DNA of 20,000 nucleotides from Perkinsus olseni (Eukaryota): NCBI GenBank assembly GCA_013115125.1, contig JABANN010000119.1, positions 48,280 to 68,279 of the forward strand, read 5' to 3'. Shown piece by piece: positions 1 to 10,527 of this stretch (position 1 is its first letter; each line of letters starts with the position of its first letter). The notes under the pieces were generated by a model. It saw only the letters and a program-made list of their open reading frames with translations, ran no database searches and was not told where the DNA came from. The position numbers and the translations under genes were made by a program.

Positions 1-286
1 TCTAAAGAAGGAGAAAAACTAAAGAGAAAAAGACCTAGTGGAGTACTGACCGTAACCCCCGTCAACCCGAAGCCCGACTCAGGTCGCCCTTCGGGCGACC
101 ATCACCTCAAACCCGAAGGCCTAGGGTTATAGGTCATAGGTTATCCGAGAGGCAAAAGCGTAATCCCAATCCTCTCCCGGGCGAGCGAGAAGGGCGACTA
201 GGTCTTTAGAAAATGGCAACTTTCTTTAGAAATATGGTTTTTCCCGCAAGATTCGCTGCATCTGTGAGGTCGGCATTTGTTAAGCT

Positions 287-3200
287 ATGCGCGAGAATAT
301 CGTCGTGGGCATCAGAGTCCGACCTATCAGTGGCATTGAAGAGAGGCAGACTCTCGTGCACCACTTGAAGGAGAAGACCTGCATACAGGTGCCCAACAGC
401 CCTCTATCAATGGCACGGTTCGACCTAAGATTCTCAAGGAAAGACTCTTTTGTCTCAGACCTCCCCCAGAGACCCCAGCATTCGCGTAACTGATCCACTG
501 AATATCAACTCCCAGCGAGTATACTCCTATGACGCCGTGTTCGACTCAAGCAGGTAAGTCTGCCATCTTCAAAAGGGCCAGAGTCCTTCCCTCGGAAAGT
601 CCATGAATTCTCGAAGTCAGAGAACGGGTGCAGAGATCGCCATCTCTCCTTCGTCGTTTGACACAGCTTATAGTCGATCCTGGCCTCAGTTCGAACAGAT
701 GTGCCACACAAGAGGAGGTCTATCAGCGCCTAGGCCGGCAGCTCCTAGACCGAGCTCTTGAGGTAGCCATTCAAAAGATCACGTGCTGTGTAGCGGGCCT
801 CTCCCTCGCCAGGGCTACAACACATGTTTGCTGGCGTATGGGGTTGTTGGGACCGGGAAGACTTATTCCCTGCACGGGTAGGGTGGATGGGCCTTGGTAC
901 AGCGAACGAGGGTTTATCGCAGGAAAATGGGAGATGGTGAGGAGGGCATAGTACCTCGCTTCATCAAGGACATCTTCGAACACTCTGAGCAGCTGTACTT
1001 ATCCTATTACGAGCTCTACAACGACAGGCTACACGATCTCCTTCGAACCTCGTAAGCTTTGAGCGGGGTTGCCGGAGTTGGCACGCTGCCTTGCACCACC
1101 TCTCAGGGAACACCAGGAAGAGTTATTGCTGCATCACCATCCCAAGCTGGGGGTACGGTGTCCAACTGCTAGGCTCGGCCCTCTCACAGGTCCTCAGGTT
1201 TACATAGAGAACTTGAAGGAGAGTGCCTGCGATAGCGCTCAGAGTGCCCTTGACCTTCTCAAATTCGGCCGAAAGCTGCGCTCCGCCTCCAACACCAACT
1301 TCAACTCCCATGGATCCCGGTAGGCTCAGCAAAGCCTTCCAACGGCCCAAGGACTGTCTTGGCAGATCACACACTATACTACGCTTACGATTTGAAATCG
1401 AGGGCAGGATGCCTACGGCCCACTTCGTTGACCTGGCGGGCCAAGAGGACACGAAGCACGGAGAGATGAGCGGCCATAAGTGAATCGTGCATCCCTAGGC
1501 GGGGGACAGTCGGCCCACGGTCTCAGGTTGAAGGAGCTGTCCTTCGTTAATAAGTCTCTGTTCGAGCTGGCCAACTGCATCCATTCCCTCTCCTCTAATC
1601 AGCATCATCATGCGGGCCAACCGGTGCCCTTCAGAAACAGCAAACTCACACTTCTACTTTCGGGTACGCTGCGCGCTGTATTGACCGGGTACTGTGGCGT
1701 ATCATTAGATTGCCTCATCGGCAACTGTAAGACCCACATGCTTGCCACGATATCCCCGGCCTCCGTGGCTTACCATTCTTCGGTCTCTACCCTGAGGTGC
1801 AGCCGACCGCTTGAGGTGCCGCTCAGTCACCTACTCGCTGCCGGCAGATTCGCCTCAACGGTCAAGGGGATAAAATGCAGATGCTTCCCCGTCGAGAAAG
1901 GAAACCGCAATGAGCACGTCATCAAGCTTGAGGTGGAGCGCTGCTGCTGCGTTGCTGAGCATGTGTCATAACTGCTCTCAGGCAGAAGTCGCAAACCTCA
2001 AGGGCCAGCTGGCAGACCTGAAAGATGCACATCCCGCAGCCGGCCTGTGTGCCAAGGTCCCTCTCGTCAGCATCCGGTCACGCTGAACTAGCTGGGCTTC
2101 AGGAGGTCGAGGAGAAGCTTCGGGCCATGAAGGCAGCTCGTGATAAGTACGACCAGCAGTGGCATGATGCCGTGCAGGAGGCTAGCTCACACAGCGGCCA
2201 ACGTCTTGGGCTCCTCAAGTAGGGCGGAGGCATCCTCCTAGTGTTCCGATCATTGGTGCTGCGGCAGGCGGTTGGGCGTGTCGAACGACGCAGAGGAGCC
2301 CGTTGACCCCTCCAGTGGGCTACTCTACCCCTTCCTGATGGACCTCAGTGATGACGCCTACATCAGTGGTGGAAGATTGCTCTACTTCCTCCACAAGTCA
2401 TCGACTACTATCGGCAGCTCTGATATCAATACTATAATCCTCAGAGGTATTCTTGCTCTCCCTTGGACGCCCAGCATCACTGCCGGCCAGGCGCTGGCAT
2501 GGAGCCCCACATGCTGACTATCGACAAGAAGTACGCTCATAGAGACGGAGGGGCTGTAGCAGATCTCCATCTGTCTGCATCGGTTCCGACCTCGTCCTCG
2601 AGCAGGGTAGGAGGCCGCAGCTGACTCGGGAGCCATCCTTGGCTCTGCCAGGTGCTGGTGAATGGTCGTCGGATCCTTTATGGATCGCCCTGTGAGCTGC
2701 ACCAAGGCGATCGGCTCATACTAGGCCATGCAAGAGTGTTTCGTATCGTTATGCCAGCCGATGGTGAGACAATAGAGCATCACTCTCAACTCCACGAGGC
2801 CGAGATGAGGGAGGCTCACAGCAAGGGCCTTCCCACGCCAGTGGAGGTGGGACAAAACCGTACGCCGCGCAAGTAGACCTCGCCGCCTCCTCAGGCTGCC
2901 CTTAGCGAGGTAGAGGACGAGCACTCTGCAGAGTTCAACAGATTGAGGCCCCTCATCCGCCGAGTCCTTGAAGAATCACCGGCCGTGAGTCGGACATCGC
3001 CGCCGCTGGGACTCAGTGGGAGCCTTTCAGGAGCAAGTTGAAGTGTTCCTCAGAAGACTACATCCTGCGTGCTCTCTTGTTGACGAAGCTAATCGGCTCA
3101 CGCATGAGATCCGCCCGCAAGTCAGGAGCGGCTTCGTCTGCATTTCGCTTCTCGACTGTAGAGGTGGGCGATAGTACGGGTACGGTCTAGTACGGAGTAC

Positions 3201-4581
3201 GGTACGGGTACGAGTACGGCTCCGTACCCGTACTACCCGTCACAGCGGTTCCCAAGTACCGTACTAGTACGCCGTATTTGAAGTACGGCGTAATTTAATA
3301 CACGTATGCGTTGTTTAATATAGTTAATACGTACTAGTTCTCCGTACCCGTACTAGGTTGACAGTTTGAGGCATACTCCGTACCGTACTTTCCTCGACCC
3401 CAGTACGGTTGCCCAGCTCTACTCGACTGCCCGTGCAGGACAATCTCGTCTTTGAGCTGGCAGTCATCGAGACTGCTGCTCCCGAGAGAAGAAGGAGCGG
3501 TGAAGCCGAAGAGGCAGAGGGGAGTCCATCTCGCCGAGCTGCTCCGCCGCCGTCCTCATCCTCGCCTAGGAAAGCCGAGTCTCCTCGCAAGACCAGGCTG
3601 CCAGCCGACGATCCGATCGCTCCGATGGCGCTCGTCGTCCGTCTCATCCAGAAGCCTCCGCCCGAGGCGGGGACCGAAGTTAGATACGACGCTCCTCGCT
3701 AACTGGTCCTCAAGAGGCTGCTTTCTCAGCAAATGTTCAAGTGGCGGAAGGCCATCAACGATGTTGTCGAGAAGATTCGTGCCAGGAAGCGTCGAGAGCC
3801 CCACGCCCACAGCCCGACCCTCAGCACCAGCGTCCACGGCATAAGTCGAGAAGTATCCTGTTGATACCAAAACATCTCGAGCTTTCCCATCGCGGTGATA
3901 GGTTGCCGACCTCCTCGGGATATCATCGAGAGAAGTTGGACCGCTTGATGACGTTCCGGCTGACGGCAGTGGCCATACCAGAGCCGCCGCGGCATTGCCA
4001 AGTAAGCATGGATCAACCTTGGATACCCTTTTAAGTCTGAATACGTCTTAGGCACTTCATGGGAGATATCCGTCTGGTCCTTCGCGAAGTTTGAGCAGCG
4101 ACTAAGCCAGATTAGGGACATCCACCGTGTCACAACCGGGGACCACCCCATCGCCTTCGGTCACTATATCGCTGAGAATCCCGGTAAGCCATTACCGGTA
4201 CAGCGTCGGTCATCACCATGGCGTTAGGCAGCGACCCGTGGCGAGACTGGGGCCCACAGTCAGTGTCGGCCATGCTCGACAGAATAGCGGATCTCGAGGC
4301 CAGACTGGAGCATGCCCTCTCCGAGCAAGGGAAGGACGAGCAGGTCACCGCTGCCCGTTTCGACTGTATCTCGTATATGCTACCAGATCCGGGTCCTCCG
4401 AGAGCAGGTCACCACGCTGGAGGCCCAACACCGCGCGAACAGGAGGCTTGAGCTCGGTAGGTCAGTTGTACACTACCGGGCGTCTTTGCATGGCGTTTGT
4501 CGTTCAGAGACAGACCTTCGTGAGATTGAGAAGATAGAGCGGCTCGAGGCCAAGGCTTACACCAGCAAGTATGCAGCATGA
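287..4581 (+). CDS. Kinesin-3 family (KIF1/KIF13-like) motor protein with FHA domain; multi-exon, exon boundaries only partly resolved
   Basis: Kinesin motifs occur in order across short GT-AG introns: VVGIRVRP, YSYDAVFDS, TQEEVY, GYNTCLLAYGVVGTGKTYSL (813-872), NSHGSR|SHTI, FVDLAGQE, VNKSLFELANCI, VPFRNSKLTLLL, THMLATISP. Kinesin-3-style FHA segments follow (PFLMDLSDDAYISGGRLLYFL; VLVNGRRI...LHQGDRLILGHARVFRI), then DEANRL, FEQRLSQIRDI and DPW, with a coiled-coil tail ending at TGA 4579-4581. Confidence 0.9.
3159..3421. mobile_element. 263-bp non-autonomous hAT-type MITE, copy 1, inside a kinesin intron
   Basis: Ends TAGAGGTGGGC... and ...GCCCAGCTCTA (TIR matches at 10 of 11 bases). 8-bp TSD CTCGACTG at 3151-3158 and 3422-3429. 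Removing the element and one TSD turns intron 3121-3438 into a typical 47-bp GT-AG intron. Confidence 0.92.
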
Positions 4582-4731
4582 ACCCAATCACTGCATATGT
4601 TGCCTATTTCCTAGTATCCATGAGCGTTGACTTCAATCAGTGAAGGCAGTCAAGTATCTCATCGTGATTAAAGATTCAACTCCTTCCCAAAAAGAAGGTC
4701 CTTTTGGACTTAGGAGGGGCCAAGCCTCCAG

Positions 4732-5362
4732 GAGCCGATTAAAGTGCTCTGATTTCCGAGTCCAAGTTCTCGGAAAAGCGGCTTTCCCGAGCTCGGATAA
4801 AAACTATGAATTAAAGTGCGTTCGAAAATCCGAGCTTTTATCCGAGCTCGGAAATGGTGTTACTCGGGTCCGAGTGAGGCAATTTCTCGAGTGTCGATTA
4901 AAGTGCTGAGCATTCCGAGTTCCAAGTTCGAAAAGTTTTCAGGGTTTTTGGACCCCCGGAAATCCAGACCCGAGCTCGGAAAACCCGCAAAACCACTCGC
5001 CAACAATAAGCGCTCACTTATTAGCGAGATTAGAAAACCATCGAGTATTCGCCAAGAAATCCCGACAGGAAGAAACGCTCCTCGCACGCAAAGATTCCGA
5101 GCGTTCCACTCTTTCCGAGTTACTCGGGAAACACCTAAATATCGAGTATTTTTCCGAGACCGAGCTCGTGATGCCGTTGAGCACTTTAATTCGGGGAAAG
5201 TGACTCGGTCCGAGTTCTCGGGAAAAGCCCTCGGGAAATCGACTTTTCCGAGGGATCGCACTTTAATCCATGGACTCTCGGAATGGGATTTCCAAGGCTC
5301 GGAACTCGGTGACCGAGTACTTGGACTCGGAACTCGGAAGGCTTCAGCACTTTAATCGGCTC
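4732..5362. mobile_element. 631-bp non-autonomous TIR element, probably PIF/Harbinger-like, intergenic
   Basis: Perfect TIR GAGCCGATTAAAGTGCT (4732-4748) / AGCACTTTAATCGGCTC (5346-5362), flanked by CAG at 4729-4731 and 5363-5365. An alternative reading is a 5-bp CCAGG TSD with the element at 4733-5361. Three ATTAAAGTGC motifs on the left, three inverted copies on the right, and many CCGAG/CTCGG motifs. Confidence 0.8.
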
Positions 5363-5465
5363 CAGGTCAGAGTCTTAAGATTACGGCCCGCCTTCTCGAG
5401 TATGCTGGACCAACCCGCTCCGTGAAAGAACTAACGGTCAACGCGAGTCCCATACGGATGAAAAA

Positions 5466-7857
5466 CTATTCGGCACCCCAATTGTGCACGGTAGCAGCCA
5501 GTCCAAGGACGGCTTCACTGATGCCAAGGAGGAACACCACCTGTAAGGCATACAGAGCGGCCTGGGGAGGCGAAGGGTACGTACAGAAGGGACGACAGTC
5601 CAATACTTCACGGTGGGAGCTTCTTGTGGAGCTGATAAGGGCGGAGGGGGCATGAGCTCCTCTAGCATCGGGTCGTTCATGGTCTCCATTGCTGCCTGTT
5701 CTATCTCACGCAGTAGAAGTTCTCGAGCGTGGGCACGGCGTCGGTAGGCGACATACCTGTTAGCCTACCCTTCCTTGGTCTTTCAAGAACCGCGGTGCTC
5801 ACATCGCAGCGGGCAGGAAGAGTCCTACAGCCGAGCCTGCCAGGCTTCCGATGAGGGTCAGGACCTTAGGTGTAGTGATTGTGACGGTAAAAACAGAGGT
5901 GTTGCTACAGTGCCTAGGGATCTCGTCGACAGAGCTGCTAGAGCTACAAAGACCAGGAGGGAGGCTGTGAGGAAGGCGGTGTTCGCGTGCTTCAACGCCG
6001 GGATCTGAGAGCAGGACGAGCCTCACACGGGCCTTGTACGGTGGTACAGACCCTCTCAGTCAGGCTCTCACGGAGGGGTATAATGAGCAGCGGGAATTTG
6101 CATCTGATCTCGCAGGGAAGTGGTCACCACGTTATGTACTGCCTGATATCACATGTTGATGAGAATGACAGCCACTAGGCAAACTTGCAATACCCATTCA
6201 GATGACCCGGACCACTCCTGAAGGGTAAGGCTCCTTCCTACCCACTCGTCACCAACTCCCACAGCCCACCTGGACTAGATTGCTTTTCACTGTGTCCCCG
6301 TAGAGAAGATATCCTATAATCCCCGAGGCGATGTAAAGGGGGGTTGCTACTGCCCATATCGAAGTGTGGATGATGTTATCTGTTAGTAGTAATGGGCCTA
6401 GTAGAAGAACGGTCCCCTACTCATATCAGCGTGGTAACGATGTTTAAGCTCATAGTCAATCTTGAAGATATTGAAGTGCCCAACGTATGATGACAGGACC
6501 AGAGGGAAGGAGGCGATGACCGACCAGAGGCTCTGCGGCCGCCAGAACGACACTGTGGGGGCAGCAGCCTGCGAACCAATACGCGTTGGGAGGAGGAAAA
6601 CAGCTCACTTCCGCAGTGAGGATCATGTACAGCAGAGTAGCAAAGAGGATGAGGGTGCACACGAGGGAACCAGCAGAAACATAGCGGAGGATACTGAAAG
6701 GCAGGATGTAGACGAGACGCGTGGGGTCGGGCAGACCTGAGATCCTTCGTTAAAGTGAAGGGCAGTACTGTAATACCGGTAAGGATGGCGACAACCGCGG
6801 GCGACGCCTGTCAAGCGACCGTAGAGGTGAACGCGCAGCAGTGGTAGACGTACTGCCCCGGGGAGAATCGGCGCAAGGAATGGTGGTGATAGGTCGATAG
6901 CGATGACCATCATCGCCATACAAGCCCCGACCAGCAACAGCAACTGGGAGAACATGGTACTAGGGGATGATCGATCACTAATCGCACCAGCGTCGTGTTG
7001 AGAATCCTCTCTCCTGTCACGCCGAGGTAGACCTGTGCGTTGCCTTCATACGACCTGACACAGACGGCATACACTACAACTTGGTGCCCAGCCTCGATGC
7101 ACCTTCGACGACTTTCTCTAGCGCAGAGCACAAGCCACAGCAGTGTCCTGTCAGTCGCCCACGACGTTATGATTATCACTAGGACCTGGGGCACAGAGGT
7201 GGTACGATCTACAGGAAAGAATGCACTCACACCGATGAAGACCCCGCAGGAGGCGAATGCCTTGGGCAAGCCGAGCATGCCGGCGCCGATGGTGGTGGCA
7301 CAGAGATTGAGGACACCTAAGAGTAACCACCAATCATCCACTTGTGTTCCACTGATGTGAGCAGAGAGTAATGCAGTCCTATTCAAGCACGTTCATTGAC
7401 GGAATGAGAACTTCATACAGTGAGGGAGGGGAGGACTAGCGGACGGCCGAACCAATCCCCTAGGTCAGCGAAAGAATTGGGGAAGGAGAGGTATGCAGAG
7501 AACATGCCTCGATAATACTCGTGATTGGAGTGCCGTGGCGGAGGTGTTGCATGTTGTGAGGCCGCGGGGAGTGTATTGTAACCGGTGATATGAAGGTGGG
7601 CGACCCTGACGCGGCCCTGCTGCTCACGCCGAATGGAGGTATCGCTTACCAGGCTCGATGGGGCCGGGGCGTATTTGGTCATCCCCGTGGGTAGCCGTGG
7701 CTAGGATCCATGTAGCCTGAGTACAGGTCACGACGCTACCGCGTACAAAGACAGAGATCCTCTACACTCCGGGGTATCTGCAGCTCGTTGTCATCGTCCT
7801 CAGTTGAGTGGAGACTTTCCAGGTCCTCGGGTCTAAAGAAAGCATCGATGATAGCAT
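5466..7857 (-). CDS. Amino acid transporter, Aa_trans (SLC38/AVT-like) family; multi-exon, start uncertain
   Basis: TM1 signature GVLNLCATTIGAGMLGLPKAFASCG; SYEGNAQVYLG; several hydrophobic exons separated by short introns; last exon VVFLLGISEAVLGLAATVHNWGAE with TAG at 5466-5468. Confidence 0.85.
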
Positions 7858-8137
7858 TCCGCTGCGGCAGACTTCTCCGAGATCAGGCGATAGCCATCCT
7901 ATTTGGAACGAGGAGGAGGAGGAGGAGGAGACCCGAAAAGCCGATGTAACCCACCCTTCTAGTCCTCTGCGACTGTTCGACACTCTGGAATGATCAGTTA
8001 AAAACTACCACCCAGTAGGGGTTCAACCAGCACTACCAAACTACGGGTCTCCCTCACCAACCCTGGTGCATCGCCAAGGCAGTGAACAACACAAGGATGG
8101 CTATGCAGAAACATCACGCATGGCGACGAGAGGCCAG

Positions 8138-8557
8138 TCACTTTACCAGCTGCCCTCTAGCAGCGCAACACACTTTGCATCTACTGTGGTCAACCCCAGG
8201 CTCATCACGGAAGACGGGCGACCAATCGACGGGAACTCGGCCGTGACGAACGAACCCTTCAGCGTCGTGAGGGTACTGAGGGAAGGACGCTGCCAGGCTT
8301 CAGGGGTACCGCCCACCTCCTGGAAGCACATTCGGCAGATGCGGCATATTCTAATCGGCAGGAGCTTCTCTTTGGGGTCGTTGATGTCGATGCCTAGCAG
8401 TTGGAGATCCTCCTTGAAGTGCCACACGTAGTCCATACGCTGTTAAGGGGGACTTGACGAGCGGCAGCAGCATGAAGGAACTCACCCAGCCTCTCCACTT
8501 GGTCATACCGCACCACCGGCATACTCGACGACGGGACTTCTCGTGAGATAAGACCAT
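8138..8557 (-). CDS. 110-aa His/Cys zinc-binding protein resembling the RAG1 N-terminal/Chapa domain; exons 8557-8486, 8439-8317, 8275-8138
   Basis: Two phase-0 GT-AG introns (46 and 41 bp) give MVLSHEKSRRRVCRWCGMTKWRGWRMDYVWHFKEDLQLLGIDINDPKEKLLPIRICRICRMCFQEYPHDAEGFVRHGRVPVDWSPVFRDEPGVDHSRCKVCCAARGQLVK*. A further donor (GTAAAG) just before the stop could extend the C-terminus. Confidence 0.7.
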
Positions 8558-8961
8558 ACTCACACAAACACAATGGGTAGGGTGGGCACTACTAGAGCAT
8601 GCAATTGAGGTGCCTCGATAACGTTGTGCGAGAACGAAGTTAAGAACAAGCCCGCCGATAGAGTCGAAAGGAGGTGGAGGTGAACCTTATGCACTACACC
8701 GCGCCCGTACCACACGACGATGGCAACCCAATTCCAACGCGAGCAGAAACACGAGAGTTAGGCAATATAGTGATACATGAGTCAAGCATCCGGTGGGCGT
8801 ACACCTGAAACAGAAGGGAGTATGCAGCTACAGCAGGAGGGAAGTGGGCGGGAGACCTGGCAGCCGTCCCAGTGCAGCCAAACAGACTCGGCATTTGGAA
8901 TGATCCTTTAGCTGATCTTTAGGGCTCCCCCAGTCAACCATCGGTGGTAGATTCTGCAGGC

Positions 8962-9150
8962 ATGCTTCTGGATCGTCTATGTTCTACAAAGGCACACGCA
9001 CAGCATCACGAGGAGCTCGGGGGAACGGCCTACCATCACCAAGACCACACGACACTTCCGGCATATCTTCTTGGGGTGGTAATACTCGTTATCGTGGTAT
9101 ATGTTATAACTGCATTTCTTGAGGATTACTTCGAAGTCATCGACCGATGA
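8962..9150 (+). CDS. Possible small single-pass membrane protein (62 aa), or a 5' exon of the downstream gene
   Basis: His-rich N-terminal part followed by a hydrophobic stretch, AYLLGVVILVIVVYVITAFL; no family recognised. Confidence 0.3.
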   Translation: MLLDRLCSTKAHAQHHEELGGTAYHHQDHTTLPAYLLGVVILVIVVYVITAFLEDYFEVIDR

Positions 9151-9171
9151 CATACCCTGAGCAAGGTGAGC

Positions 9172-10527
9172 ATGGCGGGAGAGAAAGGGAGAGAGGCTAC
9201 CTTCCCTCCTCGCCGCCTCGTCCCGCACCATCGACATACCTGCTCTTGTGCCATTGCGTGGCTCATACCTATTGTCATTGTAATAGAGCTTATTAAACCG
9301 GCAAGCTTAGGGGTAGAAGCAGCTAGACCTAGCGCGGAAGGCGGGAAATCTGCTCTCGGAAAGGATTACGAAAGATGCCACCCGAATACCGCAAGTATCC
9401 GCCTATTGAAAAACATAGATGCCCTATGATGCACAAGAAACATCTCATTTGTAACGTAAACTCTTCTGGGCCATTGCCCTGCACACCATGCACCGTTGAC
9501 GGTGCTGTGCAGCAGTTGATGATGAGGACGTGGGCGGGCCCTGTCCCCAGTCCACCAGCTCCGGTAGATCACGAAGGCAGTCCTTGGGACCGGTGAGACG
9601 ACACTGAAGGAACGAGTGGCTGTACCCCACCGTCACAGCAACAACAACTGTCAATCATCAGCCACGAGTACGCCTGTGTTCTACACCGCTATCTGGCATA
9701 GCATAGACGGGGCCAACATAGAGCTGGGCAACCGTACTGGGGTCGAGGAAAGTACGGTACGGAGTATGCCTCAAACTGTCAACCTAGTACGGGTACGGAG
9801 AACTAGTACGTATTAACTATATTAAACAACGCATACGTGTATTAAATTACGCCGTACTTCAAATACGGCGTACTAGTACGGTACTTGGGAACCGCTGTGA
9901 CGGGTAGTACGGGTACGGAGCCGTACTCGTACCCGTACCGTACTCCGTACTAGACCGTACCCGTACTATCGCCCACCTCTAGGCCAACATCTCGCGAGGA
10001 ATCGGAGTTAGCCGACGTGGGTTAACAAGAGCCGCCAAAGTCATGCGGGATATCGATTCGACTTCCACTGCGAGGCAACGTATGAACGAGTACTTCCAAT
10101 CCTCCACGGGCTTTGCTCATCTTCGACATGCTCAACCATCTCCAGTGAGCCAAGCTAAGGATGAGACCTCATGAAATCAGAGGTGCAGCGAGGAGGAGGA
10201 ACGCGCATAAAGCACGTCACCCAAATCTCTATCCCAGCTAACGTATTCGGCGATTCTTTGAAGCGCGAGTACTACTACCCTTCTGAGCATGTTAGCACAG
10301 CCAACACAAATGTTGAAGGGGTGGTACTCGGGGTCATCCCGAGCTACGTCCTCTCCCAAGGCGGCGAGGGTGTGGTAGTACATGTCGACTCGAGTGCTAT
10401 GCATCAACTGAGAACGAAAGACTCTCCCTCGGCTATCTCGGTGTTCGCAACGGATACTCCTGTGAAAGTCCGGATGACCAACCCTACCTTCCCTCGACAG
10501 CCACACCATCGGCACACCCTATCTTGA
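9172..10527 (+). CDS. Hypothetical multi-exon protein with an exon interrupted by MITE copy 2 (disrupted allele, or rescued by splicing); start uncertain
   Basis: Introns 9593-9638 and 10145-10188 join the frames consistently. Removing the MITE and one TSD gives the continuous reading ...HSIDGAN|ISRGIGVSRRGLTRAAKVMRD...HAQPSP|RGGGTRIKHVTQ...HTLS*. Confidence 0.65.
9719..9981. mobile_element. 263-bp hAT-type MITE, copy 2, reverse complement of copy 1
   Basis: No differences from the reverse complement of 3159-3421 on base-by-base comparison. Own 8-bp TSD GGCCAACA at 9711-9718 and 9982-9989. Confidence 0.93.

Noticed and set aside
82-124. Helitron 3' end (hairpin plus CTAG)
   Set aside because: The CTAG is 20 nt from the hairpin and is followed by G rather than T; no other Helitron evidence.
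3324-3421. Peptide ELGNRTGVEESTVRSMPQTVNLVRVRRTSTY shared by ORFs 3324-3647 and 9616-9816 as a repeated protein domain
   Set aside because: It is read-through translation of the MITE in both cases.
4816-5355. 179-aa (+) and 133-aa (-) ORFs as a possible transposase
   Set aside because: Both lie inside the repetitive TIR element, the + ORF has a non-ATG start, and neither shows a catalytic motif.
4738-5356. Regularly spaced ATTAAAGTGC motifs as a CRISPR-like array
   Set aside because: The motif is only about 10 bp, switches orientation midway, the spacers are themselves repetitive, there are no cas genes and the context is eukaryotic.
7910-7930. (GAG)7 poly-Glu in ORF 7808-7993
   Set aside because: Better explained as a minus-strand polypyrimidine tract before an AG acceptor near the transporter 5' end.
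3159-9981. One 6.8-kb composite transposon with 263-bp TIRs carrying cargo genes
   Set aside because: Each copy has its own TSD, the outer flanks differ (CTCGACTG vs GGCCAACA), and host genes run across both boundaries.
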